From positions 1 to 34,946 of IMG/VR virus record IMGVR_UViG_3300037760_000125: 34,946 bases of DNA. One strand, written 5' to 3'. Shown here piece after piece: positions 16,431 through 25,788 of the stretch. This DNA comes from a virus (lineage: Duplodnaviria; Caudoviricetes). How positions within the stretch are numbered: position 1 is the first letter of the stretch; each line of letters starts with the position of its first letter. A program made the position numbers and the translations under genes. The notes below the pieces were generated by a model. The model ran no database searches. It saw only the letters and a program-made list of their open reading frames with translations, and was not told where the DNA came from.

Positions 16431-17924
16431 CTACGTTGCCGCCTGCGGGGCAGCGGCCATGTCCCGCAGCAGACGCACCCCGGAGACGTCCAGCGCCTCC
16501 TGAGCCCGTGTGACGCTCACGTAGAGCAGGCGCATCTCTTCGTCGGAGACGTCGCGCTCGTCGGGGTCGGGGAAGTCGTCGGCCAGCGCCACGCTTGCCC
16601 ACTCCCTGCCCTTTGCTTTGTGACTGGTCGAGATGATCTCGTCGGCCCGGTCCTCGGGCACCTGGTTGTCGAGCGCCTCCAGCAGCACCTCTGGTGTGTG
16701 CTCCGAGACCAGGTCGACCAGCAACGCCAGCTCGCTGCCCTGCGGGTCGGCGTCGACGTAGTCCTCGACCTGAGCGATCGAGTCGAAGCACGACAGCTCC
16801 GGGTGCGGGGTCCAGCCCTTGTCACGCAGCTCGACCCACGCCCGAGCGAACGACGCCAGCTCCTTGCCCCCACCCACCAGATGCGGGCGGCGGCCAGCCG
16901 CGAGCGTGTCGAGGAACTGGCGCATTGCCCTGGCGTTGGTGCGGCACAGGAACGCGTCCGGGTCGGCGACCTCGCCGATCACCGAGTCGATCCGGTCGAA
17001 CCCGACGATCCGCAGATCGGCCGACGGGATCCGGGCCAGGCAGGCGTTGGCCATGTCTGCGATCGCGGGGCCGAACCGGAACGACTGGGTGAGGCACGTC
17101 CGCTCGACCCCGGGCTGGGCCTCCAGCTGGTTGAGCGCGTCGACCGCGCCGCGCCACGCGTAGATCGCCTGCTCGCTGTCACCGACGTAGACCCGCTGGG
17201 CCCGCCCGGCCTGCTGGGCGACGATCGACGCCATCACCGGCGACGCGTCCTGTGCCTCGTCGAACAGAACGAAGTCCGCGTTGATGACCGGCTCCGACAG
17301 CTCCCACAGCTTGAGGTACACGTCGTGGGAGTAGCGCAGCTGCCCGGCCGGGTCGATCAGGTCCGCCCACGCCTTGCCCAGCATCGGCTCGATCGCCATC
17401 GCGATCAGGTCGTTGTTCACGTAGGTGCGGCGCCCGGCGCCGTCGGGCATGTCGAGCCCTTCGATGTACGGGACGTGGCGGCGGGTCGGGGCCGGGTCCG
17501 ACGAGTTGCAGAAGTTGGCCATGGACCGCATGACGTGACCGGCGAGCCAGCCCGGCGCCAGCCACTTGGCGGCCTGCCCGATCTGGATCTTGACCGGCTC
17601 CCGGATCCCGAGCAGCGCGGCGACCTTCGCCGACGGCATCCGCTTCGACTGCAGCTTGTGCGCCAGCGGCTTACCCACCGCGGTGAACGCCAGGCTGTGG
17701 GCGGTGCGGGCCGAGACGGTGCGGGGCATCTTGCGGCCGGCCTCTTCGACGATCGACCGGTTGAAAGCGATGTACTGGCCACGCTGGTGCGGGGCGGCCT
17801 CGGCCATCAGGGTCAGCGTTGACGTTTTTCCCGCTCCGGCTCCGGCGCGGACGACGAGGTCGGCGCCCGACAGGAAGAGGCCGACAGCGGCGTCCTGTTG
17901 GGGTGTGGGCTGGAAGGTGCTCAT
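16431..17924 (-). CDS. UvrD/Rep-like SF1 DNA helicase
   Basis: AGAGAGKT, FDEAQD, VGDSEQAIYAWRGA, LTQSFRF, STSHKAKGREW, LLYVSVTRA; AGGAG RBS. Confidence 0.95.
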   Translation of the reverse strand: MSTFQPTPQQDAAVGLFLSGADLVVRAGAGAGKTSTLTLMAEAAPHQRGQYIAFNRSIVEEAGRKMPRTVSARTAHSLAFTAVGKPLAHKLQSKRMPSAKVAALLGIREPVKIQIGQAAKWLAPGWLAGHVMRSMANFCNSSDPAPTRRHVPYIEGLDMPDGAGRRTYVNNDLIAMAIEPMLGKAWADLIDPAGQLRYSHDVYLKLWELSEPVINADFVLFDEAQDASPVMASIVAQQAGRAQRVYVGDSEQAIYAWRGAVDALNQLEAQPGVERTCLTQSFRFGPAIADMANACLARIPSADLRIVGFDRIDSVIGEVADPDAFLCRTNARAMRQFLDTLAAGRRPHLVGGGKELASFARAWVELRDKGWTPHPELSCFDSIAQVEDYVDADPQGSELALLVDLVSEHTPEVLLEALDNQVPEDRADEIISTSHKAKGREWASVALADDFPDPDERDVSDEEMRLLYVSVTRAQEALDVSGVRLLRDMAAAPQAAT

Positions 17925-17962
17925 GGTGGTGGTCTCCTGGTGCTGACGTGGTGTGCCAGGAC

Positions 17963-17976
17963 GGTAGCACACTACC
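17963..17976 (-). promoter_or_regulatory. Palindrome/promoter of the helicase
   Basis: GGTAGCACACTACC; TACCGT -10. Confidence 0.8.
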
Positions 17977-18002
17977 GGCCGGGTGCACCAGGTTCGGCGC
18001 GG

Positions 18003-18035
18003 AGCACCCCGCCCCCCGGACGAGGGCGGGGTGCT
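18003..18035 (-). terminator. Stem-loop
   Basis: AGCACCCCGCCC ... GGGCGGGGTGCT, intergenic. Confidence 0.65.
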
Positions 18036-18094
18036 GCTCATCGGGGCAACACGCCGGCCATCAAACGGCGTGCCAGTCCCCCTGGGCCCCGAGA

Positions 18095-18517
18095 TCAGTC
18101 CGGGCGTGGCCGCCGTGCCCGAGCCGGCCCGGCCGCCGCTGGGGAAGCGACCGGGTCCGGCTTCGGCCTCGTGACCTCACGGCCGCGGCGATGGCCCTTC
18201 ATCGCGAACCCGATGGCGTTCGCCGAGACACCGGCGGTCTCGGCGATCAAGTCCCGGGCCACCCGCTGGTCGGCCAGCTGGTGGAACAGTGCCGTCCGGT
18301 ACGGGCGCAGCGGGCCCGGCGGCTTGCCCTGCACGGCGTTGCCGGCGTCGACCGCGTCGAAGATCACACGGAGCGCCCCGAGGTGCTCCAGCATCACGCT
18401 GTGATCGGCGTCATCGGGGACGCCGTCGACGAGCGCCTGCGCTGCGCCCTGGAGCGCCAGCCCGAGGCGGACACGCTCGGCCGGGGCGAGCGTCGGGGCG
18501 TCTCCGTTGCTGGTCAC
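18095..18517 (-). CDS. Hypothetical protein with C-terminal HTH
   Basis: VARDLIAETAGVSANAIGFAM; GTGA coupling. Confidence 0.6.
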   Translation of the reverse strand: MTSNGDAPTLAPAERVRLGLALQGAAQALVDGVPDDADHSVMLEHLGALRVIFDAVDAGNAVQGKPPGPLRPYRTALFHQLADQRVARDLIAETAGVSANAIGFAMKGHRRGREVTRPKPDPVASPAAAGPARARRPRPD

Positions 18518-18999
18518 GACAGTTCGTCGTCGAGCGCCGACGCGTCGTCGGGGACGGTCACCCGCTCCATGCCGTCGTCGGCGGGGCGGCCCTTGCGTGA
18601 GCGGGCGCTGTCCTCCCACTCCGCGTCGCCGTCCACCTTGGACTCGTCCTGCGGGAGGCTGCCCTGCCCGGGCTGCGAGCCCTTCGCCGTGCCGGCCTGG
18701 GCGAGACGCTCGGTCATGTCGTTCAGTGCGGCGAGGCTGGCCTTGTGCAGCTCGTGGTCACGGGTGATCAACGTCGCCCGCGAGGTGACCAGCTTGTGCA
18801 CACGGATCAGGCCCTCACCCTCCGTCGCCGACTTGAACGTCACCGCGCCGACCTCGCATTCGAGGACGACCTGCACGATCTGCTTGTGGTGCAGCTCGGT
18901 CGGTTCGATCTCCAGGGCGGCCGAGAGACCGTCGCCTGCCTTCGTGATGGCCACGGTCGTGTCGACCACGTCGCGGCCCTCGAACTGTGAGAGGGTCAT
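18514..18999 (-). CDS. Hypothetical protein
   Basis: ATG 18999 lies 7 nt after TACCAT (alternative ATG 19008). Confidence 0.7.
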   Translation of the reverse strand: MTLSQFEGRDVVDTTVAITKAGDGLSAALEIEPTELHHKQIVQVVLECEVGAVTFKSATEGEGLIRVHKLVTSRATLITRDHELHKASLAALNDMTERLAQAGTAKGSQPGQGSLPQDESKVDGDAEWEDSARSRKGRPADDGMERVTVPDDASALDDELS

Positions 19000-19008
19000 G
19001 CCGGCCAT

Positions 19009-19022
19009 GGTAGTCCGCTACC
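19009..19022 (-). promoter_or_regulatory. GGTAG-N4-CTACC palindrome/-10
   Basis: GGTAGTCCGCTACC; includes the rusA stop codon. Confidence 0.75.
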
Positions 19023-19479
19023 GGACCACCGGGCGGATGGCGATGCGGACGCCGGTCACGTCGTCGTAGTCCTTCGACACGCTCATGCCGATCACCAGCG
19101 AGTCGTCTTTCAACAGCACTCCGGTCAGCGCGTCGAACACCGCCCGGGCCAGCTTGTCGAGGTCCCCCGAGTTCTTCCCGATCGGGTAGGTGCGCCTCGT
19201 CCTCGGCGCCGACGCCGGGCGGCGGAGCCCGAAGATCAGCCGCAGCTGCACCGGGCCGGCCAGCGGCTCGAACTCCCAGTGCTGGTCACACCACTTCCGG
19301 GCCTCGGTGGCGATGTCCGACCGCCAGGCTGCCAGGCTTTTCTTAGCCTTGTCGCTGGACCCCTGCACCACGATCGGCTGTTTCCGTCCCTTCGGCAAGA
19401 CCGCCCGGACGCTGCCCTGGGTCTGCGGGACACCCCGGACGTGCAGGTGGATCACGTCGGGCCCCTCGAACAGGCTCAC
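19018..19479 (-). CDS. rusA: RusA-like Holliday junction resolvase
   Basis: GVPQTQGS...GDLDKLARAVFDALTGVLLKDDSLV. Confidence 0.9.
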   Translation of the reverse strand: MSLFEGPDVIHLHVRGVPQTQGSVRAVLPKGRKQPIVVQGSSDKAKKSLAAWRSDIATEARKWCDQHWEFEPLAGPVQLRLIFGLRRPASAPRTRRTYPIGKNSGDLDKLARAVFDALTGVLLKDDSLVIGMSVSKDYDDVTGVRIAIRPVVR

Positions 19480-20069
19480 GAGACCCGGGCGGCCAGCACC
19501 GCCCGCTCCAGCTCCGTGAGATCCCACGTCGCCTGAACCGTCCACAGGTCGCCGCGGAGGTGCCGCAGCAGCGCCGGATCAACCGGCGGGGTCGGGTCCC
19601 ACCGCTCGACCTCCCACAGGACGTGGAAGCGGTGCAGCCGGTTCCGGCGCGGGCGGACGTCAGGCGGGACCGAAGGAACGACCGTGCTGGCCGACCACGG
19701 GCGATTCGTGTAACTGGCAGGTCCGGCCACCTCGACCTCGACCCTGTGGGCGCCGACCCGAGCCCTACCCCTGTCCCATTCGTTGTCACAGAACGTGACC
19801 CGAGTCCGCTCGGTGCCGAGGTTCCCTATCCGGACCCAGCATTCGGACGCGTCGGCCCGGATCACAGCGAGGCGGGGGAGCCCGTTGGGGAACCAGCCGC
19901 CCGCGGCGATCGTGTTGGGCAGGTGGATCACCGGCAGCCCGCGGGCGGCGGCACGGTACCCGGCCCGGATGGCGTCGTCCTCGGCCGTGCGCTCGTCGGC
20001 CAGCTGCGCCTCGTACGCCGCTAGGCGTTCGGTCGCTTCCTCGGGGCTGATCAGGGTGGACAGTTCCAT
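19476..20069 (-). CDS. Hypothetical phage protein
   Basis: AGGAGG RBS; 197 aa ORF coupled to rusA. Confidence 0.8.
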   Translation of the reverse strand: MELSTLISPEEATERLAAYEAQLADERTAEDDAIRAGYRAAARGLPVIHLPNTIAAGGWFPNGLPRLAVIRADASECWVRIGNLGTERTRVTFCDNEWDRGRARVGAHRVEVEVAGPASYTNRPWSASTVVPSVPPDVRPRRNRLHRFHVLWEVERWDPTPPVDPALLRHLRGDLWTVQATWDLTELERAVLAARVS

Positions 20070-20087
20070 GGTTCCTCCTGGTGGTGG

Positions 20088-21827
20088 TCAGAACAGGGCG
20101 GACTGCCCGGCCGAGACCGGCACAGCACGCCGCTTCGGTGGCTTCGCCGACGGCAACGGCGCTTCGTCGCCGGCTAGGTGCACCGATCGGGCCTCGGGTT
20201 CGTCGTCGCTGCCCCACACGTGCCACACGTCCCCGGTGAGCCGGGCCCACCGCTGATAGTCAGCCGGGTGCGGCGACCCGGGGCCGAGCGCCCGCGTGCG
20301 CAGCAGCTCAAGGTCCGGTTCGGGCCACTCGACGTCGAGCCACATCCCGACCCGTTCCATCGCCAACCCGACGTTCGTGTAGTCGAGATCGATCCCGATG
20401 CTGTCCCGGCCGAGCCCCGAGCACACCTGCAGGGTCGTCCCACTCCCCACGAATGGGTCGAGCACGAGCCCGGGGCGCCAGCGGTCCTCCCCGGGACAGC
20501 CGCAGTCCGACCAGCCGAGCGTCGGGGCCGACCGGACCATGCCGCCGTCCCGCTTGTTGGAGTGGGCGCCCTTCCCCTGCGCGACCCCGGAGTCCCACTC
20601 ATCGGCGGCGCCGGCCGGGCGGCTGGCGCTGGTGGTGCCGTTACTCGACGGGACGTAGGTGGCCTCCCCGACGATGCGCCGTGAGGGCTGACCGCAGGTG
20701 GCACAGACCCGCCGTGGGCACATCTCTTCGATGAGCAACCGCACCAGCTCTGGCGGCCAGACGGCGTAGTGAGCGCCCTTGTAGCCCTTCGGGGACACGT
20801 CGAGGGCGTCGACCGTCGAGAGGATCCCGGCGCGTTCGAGGGCGCGGCGCAGGTGCACACCACGGGCCCCCGCGGTGACCGGCTCGTAGGGACCGATCTC
20901 GCCGCCCTGATTCGTGTGCAGGCGCTTGGCCCCACCGTCGCCACGTGGCCCGTGGCTGACGGTCTTGCTGGCCATGTCGTCGAGGCAGGCGTCGAGGACG
21001 CCGTCGACGTGGTGCCACCAGTCCCGCGGCGGCGCACCCGCAGCGTTCGTGGTGCGCTCGTTGAAGTGGGCCCCTTCCCTGCCCTTGCCGTCCCCGCGAT
21101 CGTCGGCAGCGTTCTTGGCCCCGTTGGTCGGCTGGTACCGGTCGTTCGCCGATGCGGTGCGGACGGCGTCGAGGTCGAAGTACCGCTGCGCGTCCCGCGT
21201 CGCCACCGTGATGTAGCTGGTCGCCGGCCGCTCCTTGTCCCCCAACGCCCCCACCGGCGGGTTGCTGCGGATCCACGGCTTGAAGTTCCGGACCCGCCAC
21301 CGACCCGCAGGGGAGTCCGGGCCCCGCCGGTCCAACACGTTGTAGCCGTAGGCGAGCGACAGCATGAACGCCTCAGGGATCCCCGCCAGCGACTTGTCGA
21401 GCGGCCAGCCGTTGCCTTGCTTGTCCTCACCTCGTCGGCCGCCACGGAACACCTTGCCGTTGCCATCGGCCCGGGTACGGGCGGCCGACCCGTCGAAGGC
21501 GTTCTGTCCGGCCCGCAGCCCGTCGGGGTCGTAGTCCCCGCCTGCGCCGCCCGACCCGGCGTAGGTGTCGCCCAGCTCGAACGCGATGCTCCCCCACGGT
21601 TCGAGCACGTGGGCCAGTTCGGCGACGAGCGCCAGCATCACGTCGATGAACGCCGCCGTGGTCGCCTCGCTGCCGATCTCGCTGCCCTTGAGCGGGTGCC
21701 CGTCCGGCAGGTACGACCGCAACGCGAGGAAGGGCGGCGAGCACAGGACCAGAGCGACCCGGATGCGACGGCGGCGTAGCTCGGCGACCTTCGCGAAGAC
21801 GTCGCCGACGATGTAGAGCGCGGTCAC
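20088..21827 (-). CDS. DNA methyltransferase (N4-C/N6-A, beta class)
   Basis: N-terminal CSPPF motif IV, HYAVWPPEL, C-terminal VLDPFVGSGTT motif I. Confidence 0.9.
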   Translation of the reverse strand: MTALYIVGDVFAKVAELRRRRIRVALVLCSPPFLALRSYLPDGHPLKGSEIGSEATTAAFIDVMLALVAELAHVLEPWGSIAFELGDTYAGSGGAGGDYDPDGLRAGQNAFDGSAARTRADGNGKVFRGGRRGEDKQGNGWPLDKSLAGIPEAFMLSLAYGYNVLDRRGPDSPAGRWRVRNFKPWIRSNPPVGALGDKERPATSYITVATRDAQRYFDLDAVRTASANDRYQPTNGAKNAADDRGDGKGREGAHFNERTTNAAGAPPRDWWHHVDGVLDACLDDMASKTVSHGPRGDGGAKRLHTNQGGEIGPYEPVTAGARGVHLRRALERAGILSTVDALDVSPKGYKGAHYAVWPPELVRLLIEEMCPRRVCATCGQPSRRIVGEATYVPSSNGTTSASRPAGAADEWDSGVAQGKGAHSNKRDGGMVRSAPTLGWSDCGCPGEDRWRPGLVLDPFVGSGTTLQVCSGLGRDSIGIDLDYTNVGLAMERVGMWLDVEWPEPDLELLRTRALGPGSPHPADYQRWARLTGDVWHVWGSDDEPEARSVHLAGDEAPLPSAKPPKRRAVPVSAGQSALF

Positions 21828-21836
21828 GACGTGGAC

Positions 21837-21850
21837 GGTAGCACGCTACC
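21837..21850 (-). promoter_or_regulatory. Palindrome/-10 upstream of the MTase
   Basis: GGTAGCACGCTACC; TACCGT-7nt-GTG(21827). Confidence 0.8.
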
Positions 21851-22028
21851 GCTGGCGTGGTGGGCGGACCGACCACACCACCCGAGCCAGCCGGTCCGGA
21901 GCGAACGCCGCGGACAGGCCCTCGACTGCCCTGCGCACGTCCGCCCCGGACCAGATCGGCACCGACGCCTCGCCCAGGCCGGGGACCTCGGCCACCAGCA
22001 GCGGGCGGGGGTCGTCAGCGGGTCTCAC
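21846..22028 (-). CDS. Hypothetical protein
   Basis: GTGA coupling; fills the gap between genes. Confidence 0.5.
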   Translation of the reverse strand: MRPADDPRPLLVAEVPGLGEASVPIWSGADVRRAVEGLSAAFAPDRLARVVWSVRPPRQR

Positions 22029-22855
22029 GTCATGCACCACCCGGAGTCGCAGCCGTCCATTCCGTCGAGAACGAGCTGATCATCGACCGCCTGGTCGAGC
22101 GGGAGCGTCGGCGAGGCAAGACCAGCTGGACCGGTCCGGAGCCTGGTGTGCCGTTCGCTCATGACCCGGTCGAGTTCGACCGCCCGGCCCCACAGCCCCG
22201 GCTCGTTCCTGCGACGGGACCGCCACTGCTCAGGCCCCTGGAAGGGGCAGAACCAACACGACGACTTCGCAGGCACCGGCAGCCCTGCCTCAGCGATAAC
22301 CCGCCGGCAGTCGGTCCGGGACAGCCCGAGGTCGAGCAGCGGGTTAACCCGTGTCGTCCATGGGTGTTGCCGGTCGACGCCGACGCGGGCGCGCTGGTAC
22401 TCGTCCGTGGAGATCCCCATGGCGATGACCGCCGGGTCGTCGGGCTGGGCGCCTCGGTCGCGTAGCTCACGGGCGACGACGTCGATCTTGTAGCGGCCTG
22501 TGCACTTCCGGGGCCCGAAGCCGCCTGTGTCCCGTAGCGGGATGGTGAGGCTGTTCTCCTGGCGCAGCAGGTCGTCGTACAGGTCCCGGGTCCGGCCGGT
22601 CCGGTCGACCCATCGCAGCTCGACCAACTCGATCCCGTGGGCGAGGGCGTACGGGACGGCGTGCTCGGTGATGTAAGCGAGGGTCGCTGGGTTCTCGGCG
22701 TTGTCGCCGACGTTGGCGAACAGGAACAGCGGGAAGTCGATGCGGCCCTGTACGGCCAACACGAGCAGAGCGGTGGACTGCACCCCGCCGCCGTACGAGC
22801 AGGCCCGGACCGGCGGCGCTGGGCCTTCTCCCGCGGTGCTAGCGGGTGACGCCAC
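22025..22855 (-). CDS. PAPS reductase family (adenine nucleotide alpha-hydrolase) protein
   Basis: SYGGGVQS PP-loop, RKCT..YKI, GISTDE, NPLLDLG, KSSCWFCPF; start approximate. Confidence 0.85.
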   Translation of the reverse strand: MASPASTAGEGPAPPVRACSYGGGVQSTALLVLAVQGRIDFPLFLFANVGDNAENPATLAYITEHAVPYALAHGIELVELRWVDRTGRTRDLYDDLLRQENSLTIPLRDTGGFGPRKCTGRYKIDVVARELRDRGAQPDDPAVIAMGISTDEYQRARVGVDRQHPWTTRVNPLLDLGLSRTDCRRVIAEAGLPVPAKSSCWFCPFQGPEQWRSRRRNEPGLWGRAVELDRVMSERHTRLRTGPAGLASPTLPLDQAVDDQLVLDGMDGCDSGWCMT

Positions 22856-23510
22856 GACGCGGCCCCAGCTCGCCGCTCGCCCACGCCTCGGTCGCCTCCG
22901 GGCGGCACTCGGCGCACGGCTTGACGCTGAACGTCGCCGGGTTGTCGTCGACGGTGACCATGCCGGTGTCGTTGCAGTGCCGGCAGCGGACCAACGGAAC
23001 CGGCTGCGGCGCCGGCACCAGGCGGCGGGCGGCGAGCAGCTCGGCGACCCGGGCCTGGAACTGCTCGGCAATCTCGCCGGACCGGGAACACACCGGGCAG
23101 TTCGCTGCGCCGCGGTGGTGGTTGTGGCCGCGGGTGTCGTCCCCGGCGGGCATGGCCTCGCTGAGAGCGGTGCGCAGGACGTCGACCATCTCTCGGCCGT
23201 GCCGGTCGTCCATCGTCGGCGCCCCACGCCCGGCCCGTTCCAGCGCGAGCTGATCCCGTGCCTGCGCGGCGGCGATCTTCGACCGGGCGGCGCCCTGGTA
23301 GGCGATCAGCAGCTGGTGGAGGCTGGGCATCCGGTCCAGCTCGTCGACGCACGCCTCGGCGACCGCCAACAGCAGGTCCACGTCGGTGAACGGCGGCGAG
23401 GTCATGCGGTCCAGGTAGGTGCGGGCCGTGTCCTCGGTGATCACCGGGCTCGGGAACGCCCCGGTCAGGAGCCGCAGGACAGCTGCGGCGGACTCGCGGG
23501 AGATCGTCAC
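22839..23510 (-). CDS. Putative helicase loader/inhibitor-like replication protein with Zn fingers
   Basis: LTGAFP...RMPSLHQL N-terminus; CPVC, CRHCNDTG, CAEC; follows the Rep-like gene. Confidence 0.55.
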   Translation of the reverse strand: MTISRESAAAVLRLLTGAFPSPVITEDTARTYLDRMTSPPFTDVDLLLAVAEACVDELDRMPSLHQLLIAYQGAARSKIAAAQARDQLALERAGRGAPTMDDRHGREMVDVLRTALSEAMPAGDDTRGHNHHRGAANCPVCSRSGEIAEQFQARVAELLAARRLVPAPQPVPLVRCRHCNDTGMVTVDDNPATFSVKPCAECRPEATEAWASGELGPRRGVTR

Positions 23511-24007
23511 GAGCCGACCCCGAGGGCAAGCTGCCCGGTCTGCGGGGCGAGCGCGGCGGTGATCGGGTCGTGCGGGCGTAGGGCTGCGTCGATGGCGGCT
23601 GCGCTGCGCCCCCGGCGGGCGCTGTTCTGTGCCCTCGCGGCGACGGCCATCTGGTCCCAGTGATCCCGCAGGGCGTGCGCTGAGCGGACCTGCGCTGCCC
23701 AACAGAACGACCCGCGGCCCTCGGGTTCGGCCATGTGGTCGAACACCCAGTCGATCGTGTTGCGGACCTTCGCCGGTGCCATCGGCTCCGGTGCGTTGCG
23801 GTGGAGCGGGCCCCGTTCGACGAGCAGGCGCATCTGCTCTCGCCAGCGTGGGGTGACGGGCGGGCGGGCGCCGTGCTGGAAATCGGCGATGCGTTCAGCG
23901 AGGTGGTCGCAGAGAGCATCTACTACCGGGGTGGTAGCGTTTGTGGTCACGGGAGCCGGAACCTCCTGGTCTCTGAGTCGCCCACCCTTGCCGGGGTGGG
24001 CGCTCAT
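23507..24007 (-). CDS. Phage replication initiator C-terminal-like domain (alternative GTG start 23950)
   Basis: WREQMRLLVERG...VRNTIDW...WAAQVRSAHALRDHWDQM resembles actinophage RepA C-termini. Confidence 0.6.
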   Translation of the reverse strand: MSAHPGKGGRLRDQEVPAPVTTNATTPVVDALCDHLAERIADFQHGARPPVTPRWREQMRLLVERGPLHRNAPEPMAPAKVRNTIDWVFDHMAEPEGRGSFCWAAQVRSAHALRDHWDQMAVAARAQNSARRGRSAAAIDAALRPHDPITAALAPQTGQLALGVGS

Positions 24008-24098
24008 CGTTTTCGGACGATGTGGGCGGCATGGTAGCCGTGCCACCTGTGGGCCGCGCCCGCTACTGTCCCGCCCGTGGAGACGCAGCCGTGACGCG

Positions 24099-24129
24099 AA
24101 AGGGGCCGCCACCGAAGTGACGACCCTCT
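24099..24129 (-). terminator. Intrinsic terminator with cUUCGg loop
   Basis: Minus strand GGGUCGUCAC-UUCG-GUGGCGGCCC-CUUU; G-U pairs work only on the minus strand. Confidence 0.7.
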
Positions 24130-24567
24130 GCGCTCGTTCTTGGCCGAACGACGCCGATGGTAGCAGCCCGTGAAACGCGGACGACAGCGACAAGCCACCG
24201 TGTATGCCGTGGGGGTGCCGCAAATGCCATGGCGTGGCGCTCAGGGGAGCAGCTCACCGACCGAGCCCGACACCGTCGGCCGGGAACACCGGGAGCCCCG
24301 AGCGTTCCGGACGTCCAACACGGACGCCGGCCAGGCCGGAGAACCGAGCCGAAATCTCGGAGGGCACTAGGCGAGCCGAGAGGCCGCCATGGGGAGAGTC
24401 ACGGTGGGTCAGCGACGAACACGATTCGCCGCGACACGTGCTCAGGATCTCATCCAGAGAGCACAGCCCTTAGCCAAGCCGCACCGCCCGGGGTGCCAGG
24501 CTAAGGGCGCGGCCCGCGCACGAATTCAGTTACGTGACCAGCGCGCGATGGTCCCCTGTAGACGTGA
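24099..24567 (-). ncRNA. Candidate structured non-coding RNA
   Basis: ORF-poor gap with at least six hairpins, bounded by a minus-strand -10 box and a terminator. Confidence 0.4.
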
Positions 24568-24574
24568 CACGGCA

Positions 24575-24592
24575 ACGGTAGGGTGCTACCGT
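24575..24592. promoter_or_regulatory. Extended palindrome, probable divergent promoter
   Basis: ACGGTAGGGTGCTACCGT gives TACCGT on both strands; + strand TACCGT-7nt-ATG(24600). Confidence 0.8.
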
Positions 24593-24599
24593 CCGCCGC

Positions 24600-25001
24600 A
24601 TGACCACCACAACCAAACGGAACCTGATCGGGTTCGCCGTCGGCCTCGCGATCGCCGCCGTGATCATCGTCACCAACCAGCCCGGCACCATCCCCGCCAC
24701 CTCGCCCATCGACACCGCCGTCGAAACCTGCGACGTCGCCGGCAACCCCCACGTCGCTGTCCTCGACGACGGGCACACGCTCACGGTCCACGGCGACGGC
24801 GACACCGACCCGGGCCTGCAGTACGAGGACGTCGCGTGCGTGCTCGCAGAGACCGGCGTGACCGGCGCTGTCATCGCCCGCATGGACCGCACGAGGGCGC
24901 TCGACGGGACCCAGGACGCGACGTGGGGCGACTACGCGGCCTCCTGGACCTACCACCCCGACGCCGGTCTGAACGTCCTGATCACCTGGGGCGACGCGTG
25001 A
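24600..25001 (+). CDS. Secreted/membrane-anchored protein
   Basis: N-terminal KR plus hydrophobic helix; two Cys; SWTYHPDAGL. Confidence 0.8.
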   Translation: MTTTTKRNLIGFAVGLAIAAVIIVTNQPGTIPATSPIDTAVETCDVAGNPHVAVLDDGHTLTVHGDGDTDPGLQYEDVACVLAETGVTGAVIARMDRTRALDGTQDATWGDYAASWTYHPDAGLNVLITWGDA

Positions 25002-25183
25002 GCGACGTCAGCGACACGCTCGCGGCTGAGCCGCCGTTCGACTTCCGGATCGTCCGCGCCTTCGCCGCCATCGACCGCCGCCACACCGCGCTACGTGCCA
25101 GCGGCGCCCACTACGCCCACGGCCCCGCCGTCGACCCCGACCCCGACTACACCCCTCGCCACCGGAGGACCGATGCCCGCTGA
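24998..25183 (+). CDS. Hypothetical protein
   Basis: GTGA coupling. Confidence 0.55.
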   Translation: MSDVSDTLAAEPPFDFRIVRAFAAIDRRHTALRASGAHYAHGPAVDPDPDYTPRHRRTDAR

Positions 25184-25607
25184 CCACCTGCCCCACATCG
25201 CCGGGCAGCCCCTGCCCGCCCCCCGTGACGTCCTGGCCGACGCCCGGGCTTACCTGTCCACTGCGCACGACACGCGCGCCGCTGCGCTGATCGACGGCCT
25301 CGCCGCCGAGGTGTCGGCGCTGCGGTGGCAGGCGGGCGTCGACCAGGTAGCGGTCGACCGGGCGCAGCACCACGCCGACATGGAACGGATCGACGCCGGG
25401 GACCTGGCCGGGACCGACACCGTCACGGTGTTCGCCGTGCTGCGCGACATCGCCGACGCCGAACCGCTCATCTACCAGGGCGATATCAGCGGCGTGACCT
25501 GCGTGTTGTGCGACGCGGTGGCGCCCGGCGCTGAACCGGTGCCGCACCTGATCTCGTGCCCGTGGGCGCGCGCCGTGCGGATCGTCGGGGTCAAGACCGG
25601 TGGCTGA
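25173..25607 (+). CDS. Hypothetical protein with C-terminal CxxC...H...C
   Basis: GGAGG RBS, ATG 25173; CVLCD...HLISCPW. Confidence 0.7.
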   Translation: MPADHLPHIAGQPLPAPRDVLADARAYLSTAHDTRAAALIDGLAAEVSALRWQAGVDQVAVDRAQHHADMERIDAGDLAGTDTVTVFAVLRDIADAEPLIYQGDISGVTCVLCDAVAPGAEPVPHLISCPWARAVRIVGVKTGG

Positions 25608-25788
25608 CCCGCTCATGCGCGAAGTGGATGCCCGCCGCCGCATCTCGCTCACAGGTATCGGCGACCCGGAGCACCGGTACTACCTGGCCTCCTGCGACGA
25701 CAGTGGCGTGATCGTCCTGACCCCGGCCGTCATCTTGCCGGCGACCGAGGTCGAACAGATGCGACAGGAGCGAGACCTCCATGGCTGA
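25600..25788 (+). CDS. AbrB/MazE-like swapped-hairpin DNA-binding protein
   Basis: EVDARRRISL...DDSGVIVLTP. Confidence 0.6.
   Translation: MADPLMREVDARRRISLTGIGDPEHRYYLASCDDSGVIVLTPAVILPATEVEQMRQERDLHG

Noticed and set aside
13814-19069. Long + strand ORFs (13814..15556, 16203..17822, 17819..19069)
   Set aside because: Antisense shadows of well-supported minus-strand genes, expected at this GC content
24077-24094. + strand micro-ORF GTG-GAG-ACG-CAG-CCG-TGA, 7 nt after TACTGT
   Set aside because: Only five codons; cannot be distinguished from chance without expression data
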